Position numbers and translations under genes: made by a program
Shown here: positions 55,776 through 64,000 of the stretch, one piece after another
How the letters are laid out: the number at the start of each line of letters is the position of its first letter
How positions within the stretch are numbered: position 1 is the first letter of the stretch
Notes under the pieces: model-generated
What the model saw: the letters and a program-made list of their open reading frames with translations, nothing else
Told to the model about the DNA's origin: nothing
The model's database searches: none
From: Candidatus Latescibacterota bacterium
GTDB lineage: Bacteria; Latescibacterota; UBA2968; GCA-2709665
Assembly (NCBI GenBank): GCA_965116875.1
Contig: OZ220733.1
Location: 2,720,001 to 2,784,000 of the forward strand
Length of the DNA stretch: 64,000 nt
Direction: 5' to 3'

Positions 55776-58247
55776 ATGGATACCGGACGTCGATTTCAGC
55801 CTGTCCTTCTTCAGCAATTCTGCGTAGTTGTTCTCCTGTTGGGATTCAACGTACCGGCGCGAGCGGATGCGCTCTCGGTGACGGATTCAATCCTCGCCGT
55901 TGGCGAACGGCAGATGGAGAGCCGCCGGTTCGGCGAGGCGCTGGATACCTTCCTGCGTCTTGCCGAGACCATTCCCGGAGACGCGCAAATACTGACCCGC
56001 CTGGGGCAGGCGCGTCTCAAGGTTGGGGACTTCAAGGGGGCCCAGGAGACATTTGAGGCGGCGCTCGACCTGGATAAGAAGAATGCCGCAGCACACGCCG
56101 GCCTTGCACTCGCGTACGCCGAAATGCCCGCCAAGGGCATAAGCGCCCTCCACAACTTCAGGAGGTCCATCGGGGCGGCCAAAAAGGCCATCGAACTCGA
56201 TCCCGAACAGGCCGACGCGTACCGTGCGCTTGGGGAGGCGCACGAACGATTCAAGGAGGACCACGAAAAGGCGCTCGGACATTTCGACACGTACCTGTCG
56301 ATGGAACCTGACGACCCCGACGGCCTCTACTTCTTCGGCCTGGCTTGTATACAGGCGGAATCCTACGACAGGATCGCCCGTCATATCGTTCCATACGTGG
56401 AAGCCTCTGACGAGGAGACCCGCTTGCTGCCCATCGCCGCCCAGGGCTTCGTCCACGGGGAAAAATACAATGAGGCGCTGGACTATTTTCAACGTTTCCT
56501 GGGAACTGTCGAGCCGCGGGAGCGGGAGTTGTACGAAGACGTCACGAACGTGGCTTCCAGGGAAGAACTCCGGGAGATTCAGGCGCTGACGGACTCGACG
56601 GCGCGTCAGGCCTACCTGGAGCGGTTCTGGCTGCGGCGAGACCCCGACATGATGACCCGAGTCAACGAGCGCATCATCGAGCATTACCGGCGCGTCTGGT
56701 ATGCCCGCACCTTCTTTGCCGATAAGGTCTCGCCCTGGGACAAGCGGGGTGAAGTCTATATCCGATACGGGAAGCCGGACTACCGGTCCCGGTCCTACCA
56801 ACGCGATCTGTCCGTTACCCCCGACGTGGAAGCGGTCCGCATGCGCATGGCGGCCAGTCTCTACGGGGCCGAAGCTTCCTTTATGACGTTTACCGGGCCG
56901 GTGTTTCCGATAAGGGCGTTTCGCCATCCCATTACGCAGCGAACCCAGGACAATCTCCACGGTTTCGGTTCCGCCGATCAGCGTGATGCCAGTTTTCTCG
57001 AAGATGGCTTTACGTCAAACACGGATGCCGCGGATGAAGAGGAGTTCCAGGAGCGCGATCTGGAAGGAACCCCGCTGACCGCGCCGCTCACACGGAGCGA
57101 TTTTGACGACCAGGACGGCGCCCGGTTCGAAGAACTCGGAAATCAGATCGCAAGGATGAAGTTCGGCGACTACATTCCTGTAACCATCCACACCGACATG
57201 GCCACGGTTCCCTGGGAAACCTGGATCTACACGCAGATCCAGGGGGGTATCGAAATCGTGTTTACCGATGAAAACAAGAGCGGTCAGTTCAATTTCGCCC
57301 CGATTCCCCCCGTGACCGGTCTCAATAACCAGCTCGTCAACATCACCCGCCTGGTCAGATACGCTCCCGAGATCATCTACCAGAACGCCGCCCACGAGAC
57401 CCCCGACTATTACCGGCCGGGCATCCAGGGACCCGCCCTGAATTTCTATTACGACCTGGCCAACTTCCAGGGTACCGACGGTCAGACCAACGTCGAGGTC
57501 TACTACGGCATTCCGCCCGAACAGGTCGAAATTGCCGAGCAGGCCGACTCGGCGCAGGTCCTCGTACAGTGCGCGATGGCTCTGGCGGATGCGGCCCATA
57601 CAACAATCTACCGCGATACCCGCGAGTTCTACTACGAAGGACGGGCGGACTTCCATCGGGTCAGGGGCGCATTCTTGCCGGAAATGCTCAAGACCGGGGT
57701 GCCGCCGGGCAAATATGAGCTCCAGGTGCAGATCAAGGACCTGGCTTCCGGGCATACGGGACTCTACAAGCAGGCAGTCGAAGTTCCCGACTACAATGTC
57801 GAAGAGCTCAGGATCAGCGATATCCTGCTGGCTTCTGAAATCGGCGACGCGGATTCGGCCGGCAAATTCAGGAAGGGCGATATCCGGGTCGTGCCGATGC
57901 CCACGAGGAATTACAGAAAAGCGCAGAAGGTGTATGCCTATTACGAGATTTATAACCTGAAAAAGAACCGTTTCGGACAGACCGACTACGAGGTGAAATA
58001 CGTGGTCCGGACGGTTGTGGGGCGATCGGAGGGGGTTGTTGGCGCCGTTGCTTCGCTATTCAAGCGCAGAAAGACGCAGATATCGGTCTCTTACGAACAC
58101 GCGGGAACGGAAACCACCGAACAACAGTACTTTGAAATCGACCTGGACAGGGCCAGGCCGGGCGTACAGGTCCTGGAGGTGAAGATCAAGGACAGGGTCA
58201 GCGGAAAAAGCGACACACGCGAAATTCAGTTTCGTTACGGAATCTGA
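55776..58247 (+). CDS. TPR plus GWxTD-like domain protein
   Basis: Signal peptide, TPRs, FWLRRDPD.MT..NE...EHYRRV.YA...F....WDKRGEVYIRYGKPD, WETWIY, Ig-like C-terminus. Confidence 0.85.
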   Translation: MDTGRRFQPVLLQQFCVVVLLLGFNVPARADALSVTDSILAVGERQMESRRFGEALDTFLRLAETIPGDAQILTRLGQARLKVGDFKGAQETFEAALDLDKKNAAAHAGLALAYAEMPAKGISALHNFRRSIGAAKKAIELDPEQADAYRALGEAHERFKEDHEKALGHFDTYLSMEPDDPDGLYFFGLACIQAESYDRIARHIVPYVEASDEETRLLPIAAQGFVHGEKYNEALDYFQRFLGTVEPRERELYEDVTNVASREELREIQALTDSTARQAYLERFWLRRDPDMMTRVNERIIEHYRRVWYARTFFADKVSPWDKRGEVYIRYGKPDYRSRSYQRDLSVTPDVEAVRMRMAASLYGAEASFMTFTGPVFPIRAFRHPITQRTQDNLHGFGSADQRDASFLEDGFTSNTDAADEEEFQERDLEGTPLTAPLTRSDFDDQDGARFEELGNQIARMKFGDYIPVTIHTDMATVPWETWIYTQIQGGIEIVFTDENKSGQFNFAPIPPVTGLNNQLVNITRLVRYAPEIIYQNAAHETPDYYRPGIQGPALNFYYDLANFQGTDGQTNVEVYYGIPPEQVEIAEQADSAQVLVQCAMALADAAHTTIYRDTREFYYEGRADFHRVRGAFLPEMLKTGVPPGKYELQVQIKDLASGHTGLYKQAVEVPDYNVEELRISDILLASEIGDADSAGKFRKGDIRVVPMPTRNYRKAQKVYAYYEIYNLKKNRFGQTDYEVKYVVRTVVGRSEGVVGAVASLFKRRKTQISVSYEHAGTETTEQQYFEIDLDRARPGVQVLEVKIKDRVSGKSDTREIQFRYGI

Positions 58248-58300
58248 TTCCGGGGCAGGCGCGGCAAATCTAGCGCCACCCTCGAAATGAGAGTTGCAAC

Positions 58301-58324
58301 CAGGGCGCAGTACGCTGCGCCCTG
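58301..58324. repeat. Perfect hairpin (REP-like or terminator-like)
   Basis: CAGGGCGCAG-TACG-CTGCGCCCTG, 10-bp stem, no U-tract. Confidence 0.6.
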
Positions 58325-58440
58325 CGTGTATCTGCGAACCCGTCCATCTCTGAAGGCTCTCCGTTGCGGGAGGAAAACGGATATTCTAATGTAGTATGTG
58401 ATAACCCAGGGATCATTGTACAACAGGGAGGAAACTGAGA

Positions 58441-59421
58441 ATGTCTGAAATTCGCGCGGGGCTGATCGGATGCGGAGCGATCGGCGGCGTGCATAGCGAA
58501 GCGGTTTCCGGGCTGCACGGCATACGCATGGCGGCGTTTTGCGACGTGGTTGAAGAGAAGGCGCGCGCCCTTTGTACTCGCTACGGAGGCGACTATGCCA
58601 CCTCCGATGCCGGGCGGATCCTTGCGGATGAGTCGCTGGACACGGTATATATCTGTACACACCACGACACCCACGCGGATTACTGTATCCGGGCGGCCGA
58701 AGCGGGGAAGCATGTTCTCGTGGAAAAGCCCCTCGCGCTGACCGTTGAAGACTGCAGGAGGATCGGCGACGCGGTAGAGCGTGAGGGGATTCAGCTGTTT
58801 ACGGCCTTCAAGATGCGGTATTATCCGATGGTACAGAAAGCCCGGGAACTGATCCCCGAGCCGTTGATGGTGGTGATGCAGATGATGGACAACCGATGGG
58901 GGAATACCTGGGCCAACGATCCCGTCCTGGGAGGAGGCAACGTGTACAGCCAGGGATGTCACTCTTGCGATCTCCTGAGATATGTGGCCGGTTCGGATCC
59001 GAAGGAAGTCTACGCGGCGGGCGGGAACTACTATCAGCCGAACGGCAGGCTGGACAATCTGACCGCCACGTTCAGGTTTGAAAACGGCGCGGCAGGCTGC
59101 TGGATCCAGGGGGATGCCAATCAGCCGGCGATGACGAGCAAGCTGTTCATGGAGATTTTCTCCGAAAACCGGTCCGTGCTGCTTACCGACCGGTTCTGCA
59201 CGCTGACGTATACGGAGACCGGGAGGGAGCCTGTGGTCTACCGCGGCGAAGAGGGTGGATTCGTCGAGGAGAACCGGCTGTTTGTCGAGGCGCTGAGGAC
59301 AGGCGCGCCCATGGCCGCGGACCACGTGGACGGGCTGATGGCCACGCTGATGATGATCCAGGCGGGTCGGAGTATTGATCGCGGACGGCCGGAGCCGGTG
59401 GCGTCGCTTGCAAGGGCCTGA
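58441..59421 (+). CDS. Gfo/Idh/MocA oxidoreductase
   Basis: GLIGCGAIG, ICTHHDTH, GKHVLVEKPLA. Confidence 0.92.
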   Translation: MSEIRAGLIGCGAIGGVHSEAVSGLHGIRMAAFCDVVEEKARALCTRYGGDYATSDAGRILADESLDTVYICTHHDTHADYCIRAAEAGKHVLVEKPLALTVEDCRRIGDAVEREGIQLFTAFKMRYYPMVQKARELIPEPLMVVMQMMDNRWGNTWANDPVLGGGNVYSQGCHSCDLLRYVAGSDPKEVYAAGGNYYQPNGRLDNLTATFRFENGAAGCWIQGDANQPAMTSKLFMEIFSENRSVLLTDRFCTLTYTETGREPVVYRGEEGGFVEENRLFVEALRTGAPMAADHVDGLMATLMMIQAGRSIDRGRPEPVASLARA

Positions 59422-59484
59422 AGCCGCTACAGTGCACATCGTCTGATATCGTTCACATCACAAGTAGAATTGCGAGGTAACGGC

Positions 59485-61827
59485 ATGAAGGAACACAGAC
59501 ATCCGCATCCGCACAAGGATCCGAGACAGCCCGGTGACGGGACCGGTCCGCAAACCAATCCCCCTGTCTTCGCCTGGCTTCCGTTGGATTCCGCCTCGGG
59601 CTATCGCCTGCAGGTGGCGCGTGACCCGGCTTTTAAGAACATCTGCCTGGACAAGGGCGGCCTGCAAGAACCGGTATACCTGCCGGAACGGGCGTTTGAG
59701 CCCGGAGAGTATTTCTGGCGGTGGTCCGCGGGTTGCGGCGCGACGTCAGAGGATTTTTCGTTTGAGATCCGGCCGGAGGCCACAGTTGTGGAGGTGCCCC
59801 CGGCAAGCGAGTGGCTGAAGCGATTCCCGTCTGAACACCCGCGGGTCTACGTGCGGCCGGAGGAGGTGCCGGCGCTCCGGGCCGCCTCCGCCGGCGATGC
59901 TTCACAGGCGTGGGAGGGCCTGCGAGACAGCGCCGACGCCGTGTTGGCCGAACCGCACGAGATCGAAGAGCCCCCGTTTCTGCCCGACCGTAGCGAGAAC
60001 TATCAGAAGTATCACGAGACGTGGGCGCCGATCATGTGGGAGTCCCGGCGCTTCGTCAAGGGCGCGGAGACCCTGGCGCTGGCGTTTCTGGTGAGCGGGG
60101 AGGACCGGTTCGCCCGCGCCGCCTGCCAACGGATGGCGTCCATATCACGCTGGGACCCGGAGGGATCGAGTCACCTTGCCCACAACGACGAGGCCCACAT
60201 GTCCGTCATCTGGAACGGTTCCAACGCGTGCGACTGGGTGTGGGACCGTTTTACGGACGAGGAACGCGATGCCGTTGTGGCGCAGTTCCGGCAGCGGGGA
60301 CGGATTACGTTCGACTATATGCACAACAGGGGGTCGTACGGGGTGACGCGGTTCGACTCGCATGCCGGCCGCGAGATCGTGTTCCTGGCCCACATCGCGC
60401 TGGTGTTTCACGAAACCATTCCCGAAGCGCAGTCGTGGCTGGAGTGGCTCAGGCCCGTGCTGTGCGGCATCTGGCCGATCTGGGCGGGCGACGACGGGGC
60501 ATGGGCGGAAGGACCCTCCTATGGACTGGCCTATGTCACGATTATGTCCATGTTCGCCTCGGTGCTGAAGCGGGGTATCGGCGTGGATCTGTACCGGAGA
60601 CCCTTCTGGAAGAACCACGCCCGCTGGCGCCAGTACTGTTTGCCGCCATACGCGGAGTGGATGGGATTCGGCGACCATACGGAGCGGTGGGCAGGCTCCT
60701 GGAGGTCCAATGCGGACCTGGTGGACCTGATCGGGCGCGAGACGGATACCGGCGAGTTCGCGGGATACGTGGAAGCCTTCCGCGCCGAGGCAGAGCAGAT
60801 GCAGACACCGGAGGAGCGGCGAAGCTCGGGCGTGATGTCGCAGCTCTTCCTGGCGCAACCTGAAAAGGTGTGTCCGGAGAACGGCGGAAAAGAACCGATA
60901 TTTCGCGTGTTCCCGGCCGCCGGATGGGCCGCGGTCCGGACGGACCTGAACGATGCCGCGCGGGACGTTGCGCTGATCTTTCGCTCTTCTCCGCTCGGCG
61001 CCATCAGCCATTCCCACGCGAACAACAACGATTTCATTCTGCACGCCGGCGGCAAGGTGATGGCGATGCCCAGCGGCTATTACATCGGTTACGGTTCGGA
61101 TCATCACACGCACTGGGTCTGGCACACCAAGTCCCACAACTGCGTCACACTTTCGGATGCCTCCCAGATCATGCGTTCGCACGACTCGCTCGGTAAGATC
61201 GAAAATGCGTTCGAGGACGAGGGAATCGTCTACTTTGCAGGCAACGCGGACGCCAGCTACAGCGACCGCGCGGAACGGTGCCGGCGGCACGTTTTCTTCC
61301 TGAAAGCGCAAAGCTGTTTCGTGATGATCGACGAGTTCGTCGCGGCTCCGGGCATCGATTCGGCGCTGCAGTGGAACATCCACTCCTGGAACCGTTTTTC
61401 GGTAGACGAGGAGAGACGGACCTTCCTGCTGGAGCGTGAAGGGAGTACCCTCGAAGGGCATTTCATGTACCACAACAACGCGTTCTTCTCCCTGAGCGAG
61501 GGGTGGGACCCCCCACCGATGCGGACCGGCAGGGACGAATCGCAGTGGGGCCAGCAGTACCATCTTCGGTTTACCACATCCGGCCTGGTGAGCCGGCGCA
61601 ACCTGGGCGTCGTGCTGTGTCCGGGACACGCGTCGCTGGATCGGCCCGGAGTACAGACCGAGCGGTCGGGCGAAACGGAAGTGGCGCGGATCGGGGACGA
61701 CCTCGTGCTTGTTGGCGGTCGGGACGGCGTGGCATTCGGCAGCCGTCGCTCCGGCGGGCTTGCGTTGCTGGTCGTTCAAGGCCGGGAGTATGAACTTGGG
61801 GATGCGGGCGTCGCAACGAGGAGATGA
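59485..61827 (+). CDS. DUF4962 plus heparinase II/III protein, PL15 oligo-alginate-lyase-like
   Basis: TNPP.F.W, EHPRVY, NDEAH, FDSHA, GAWAEGPSY, ISHSHANNN, SGYY, HTKSHN. No evident signal peptide. Confidence 0.82.
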   Translation: MKEHRHPHPHKDPRQPGDGTGPQTNPPVFAWLPLDSASGYRLQVARDPAFKNICLDKGGLQEPVYLPERAFEPGEYFWRWSAGCGATSEDFSFEIRPEATVVEVPPASEWLKRFPSEHPRVYVRPEEVPALRAASAGDASQAWEGLRDSADAVLAEPHEIEEPPFLPDRSENYQKYHETWAPIMWESRRFVKGAETLALAFLVSGEDRFARAACQRMASISRWDPEGSSHLAHNDEAHMSVIWNGSNACDWVWDRFTDEERDAVVAQFRQRGRITFDYMHNRGSYGVTRFDSHAGREIVFLAHIALVFHETIPEAQSWLEWLRPVLCGIWPIWAGDDGAWAEGPSYGLAYVTIMSMFASVLKRGIGVDLYRRPFWKNHARWRQYCLPPYAEWMGFGDHTERWAGSWRSNADLVDLIGRETDTGEFAGYVEAFRAEAEQMQTPEERRSSGVMSQLFLAQPEKVCPENGGKEPIFRVFPAAGWAAVRTDLNDAARDVALIFRSSPLGAISHSHANNNDFILHAGGKVMAMPSGYYIGYGSDHHTHWVWHTKSHNCVTLSDASQIMRSHDSLGKIENAFEDEGIVYFAGNADASYSDRAERCRRHVFFLKAQSCFVMIDEFVAAPGIDSALQWNIHSWNRFSVDEERRTFLLEREGSTLEGHFMYHNNAFFSLSEGWDPPPMRTGRDESQWGQQYHLRFTTSGLVSRRNLGVVLCPGHASLDRPGVQTERSGETEVARIGDDLVLVGGRDGVAFGSRRSGGLALLVVQGREYELGDAGVATRR

Positions 61828-64000
61828 GCATGAATAACGGACCGACGGGCCTGAAGGTGGATGTGTTGAAGGACATGTGCCCGGAGACGGCGCTGGTTGT
61901 CAACTGCGAGCCGGAGGCGAAGATCGTCGTCGGCGGGGATGCAACCCACGCAAGGCAGGCGGCCAGGATCGTCGAGCGGGTCGAGGCGGCAACGGGGGCG
62001 CGGTTGGAGGTGGTCCGGGCAGCGGACGCGGCTGCCGGGGTTCTGCTGGAGGGGAACGTGGTGGCGCTGGGGAATATGGCCGACAACGCCTTTATCCGGT
62101 GGCTTTATTACCAGTGGTGGGCGGTGGAAGACCGCTGTTATCCCGGCAGGGGCGGGTACGCGCTGCGCACGCTGCACAACCCCCTGGGGAACGGGCACAA
62201 CGTGGTGCTTCTGGGCGCCAGCGACGAGGCGGGGCTGGAGCGGGTGGTGTCGCGTTTTGTGGACCTTGTACGAGATGAGACGACGTTCAGCGTGGGATGG
62301 ACGATGGAAATCCGGCTGGGTCCCGGGTTCGACGCATTTTCCCGTCCGCCGGAGGGATGGCTGCAGGAGCGGCGGGAGGACTGCATCGCGCGGGCGACGG
62401 CGGCTCACGCGTCCGAGTCGGGCGCCGGTTTCCAGCTGATTTCGGAGGCAGGCGCGTATGGACTGATGTATCACCGGACCGGACACGAGGCGTACGCGTC
62501 CGCCGTTCTGGAAATTGCGAAAGCCCACCTGAGGATGGGCGAGTACGGGGTGATGGCGCACTTCCACGTCTGGTGGCTGGCAGCGGTTTGGGACCTGATC
62601 GAGGAGAGCCCGGTGTATACCGAAGAGGACCGGCTGAAGATCACGCAATACCTGCTGTGGATCATGGATTCCACGGAGGGGGCGTATACGCGGTTCTTCA
62701 GGGAGGGTGTGGGGCACCGGATGGTCCGGCAGAACCACCAGACGCTGGTGGCGCTGGCGGCGTGGTTCGGAGGAAGGTATTTTTCGACCCACTACGGTTT
62801 CGAAGAGGCGAAGGAGTGGATGGCCGCGTCGGCGGAGGTATTCAGGGGGCAGGCGGGGTCGTTCAAGCCCATCGAGGATGCCAATGCCTATCAGTGGATG
62901 ACGCTGGACCATATATTGACCTATACACTTGCCAGCGGAGATACCACCTATATCGACAATGGAAACTGCAAGCGCTCCCTGGACCAGGCGGTGTTGTATT
63001 GCAACAACCGTGGCGCACTGCCCGCGTTTGGAGATACGGGTGCGCCGATGGACGGATACCCTACGAATTTCCTGGCCAAGGCGGGTCATGTACTTCAGGA
63101 CGGGCGCGCGGTGTTTCTGCTGGGCAAACGGTTCGACAGGCCCTCGGACTATTTCCGGCCCCAGAGGGCGGGAGAGCGGTATGAAACCGTGAGCGATCCA
63201 TTGCTGGTGAGGAGTTTCGAGAAATATTTCGACGACGGCCTCGAGCCACGTGTCCCGGACGAGATGGCCGGCGTACAGGTACTCGAGGTCGCAGGGGGAT
63301 TCTACGATCTCGCCGAAGATCCGAAGGCGAGACCGCGCGAAGTGAAACCGTTGAACCTGCCGAGAGAAGAGGCGTTCGACACGGTCTGTTTCCGTGAAGG
63401 CTTCGGCCGGGACGACCAGTACCTGATGTTGCATGGGATCTACTACGGCAACCACAGCCACGAAGACGGGAATACGATCCCGGAGTTTTCGGCCAACGAC
63501 CGGATTTTCCTTGTGGATGCTTCGTATACGGAGGGACCGACGCTCAAGCACCACAACGGCGTGACGGCGGTGCGGGACGGGGAAGCGTGGGACGTTCCGG
63601 CGCTGTGCCGGCTGGAGGGTGTGGCGGACCTGGGTCGTCTGGGCATCAGCCGGACGTCGGTCGATGGTGAATGGGGCGCCCTGTGGGTCCGGAACGTCGT
63701 GTGGCGCAGAGGCCGATCTTTCGTGGTTGTGGACGAGGTCGAAGCGACGAAGCCGGGAGCGTTCGCGCTGCAGTGCCACTGGCGCACGTTGGGGAGGCCG
63801 GCATTGAACGACGGGACGCTGGAGGTGGTTCAGCGGGACCCCGAGACCGGGCGCGAAGACCGGTTTGTTCTGCAAAGCGCGGGAGGAGGCCGGATGTCGC
63901 TGGAGCGGGACTGGGAGAATTTCGGTCACTGGTGGGACGCATATCCCTATGCGGATGACTATGTGAATATTCTGCGCGAGTCGGTTAACCGGGAGATGCA
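61824..64000 (+). CDS. Large heparinase II/III-like protein, 3' end outside the window
   Basis: Not in the ORF track because it has no stop; ATG overlaps the previous TGA. Partial manual translation: ...ALGNMADN...YPGRGGY.LRTLHNP.G.GHNV...GNHSHEDGNTI...LVDASY...KHHNGV. Confidence 0.72.
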   Translation, partial: MSMNNGPTGLKVDVLKDMCPETALVVNCEPEAKIVVGGDATHARQAARIVERVEAATGARLEVVRAADAAAGVLLEGNVVALGNMADNAFIRWLYYQWWAVEDRCYPGRGGYALRTLHNPLGNGHNVVLLGASDEAGLERVVSRFVDLVRDETTFSVGWTMEIRLGPGFDAFSRPPEGWLQERREDCIARATAAHASESGAGFQLISEAGAYGLMYHRTGHEAYASAVLEIAKAHLRMGEYGVMAHFHVWWLAAVWDLIEESPVYTEEDRLKITQYLLWIMDSTEGAYTRFFREGVGHRMVRQNHQTLVALAAWFGGRYFSTHYGFEEAKEWMAASAEVFRGQAGSFKPIEDANAYQWMTLDHILTYTLASGDTTYIDNGNCKRSLDQAVLYCNNRGALPAFGDTGAPMDGYPTNFLAKAGHVLQDGRAVFLLGKRFDRPSDYFRPQRAGERYETVSDPLLVRSFEKYFDDGLEPRVPDEMAGVQVLEVAGGFYDLAEDPKARPREVKPLNLPREEAFDTVCFREGFGRDDQYLMLHGIYYGNHSHEDGNTIPEFSANDRIFLVDASYTEGPTLKHHNGVTAVRDGEAWDVPALCRLEGVADLGRLGISRTSVDGEWGALWVRNVVWRRGRSFVVVDEVEATKPGAFALQCHWRTLGRPALNDGTLEVVQRDPETGREDRFVLQSAGGGRMSLERDWENFGHWWDAYPYADDYVNILRESVNREM

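Overview
GC-rich bacterial chromosome segment. The PorV-like barrel, GWxTD protein and TonB-dependent receptor suggest an FCB-group lineage such as Latescibacterota (inference). Positions 1-42.9 kb are almost entirely minus-strand. 1-13.4 kb holds small accessory enzymes (phosphotransferases, methyltransferases, HAD hydrolases, a sulfotransferase-like protein) mixed with intact, orphan and frameshifted toxin-antitoxin genes. 13.4-18.4 kb is a two-gene operon: a receiver-domain/glutamate-dehydrogenase fusion followed by a complete PAS-HK-REC-REC-HPt hybrid kinase. 18.7-38.9 kb holds oxidoreductases, peptidases, a CoA ligase/hydratase pair, a four-helix-bundle gene set inside 45-nt tandem arrays, a Kelch protein and two AAC(3)-family proteins, one fused to a TIM barrel. 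An IS1380-family element with a target-site duplication follows, then a heparinase II/III-like lyase. From 43.4 kb a plus-strand cluster encodes an outer-membrane barrel, a TonB-dependent receptor, a secreted protein with a T9SS-like C-terminal domain, a PorV-like protein, two FGE-fold lipoproteins, TPR, CRTAC1/ASPIC and GWxTD proteins, an oxidoreductase and two more lyase-like proteins. Intergenic DNA carries several hairpin repeat families, including self-nested 'Russian-doll' GA-mismatch hairpins. No rRNA, tRNA or CRISPR array was seen. All family calls come from motif recognition by eye; no database search was run.
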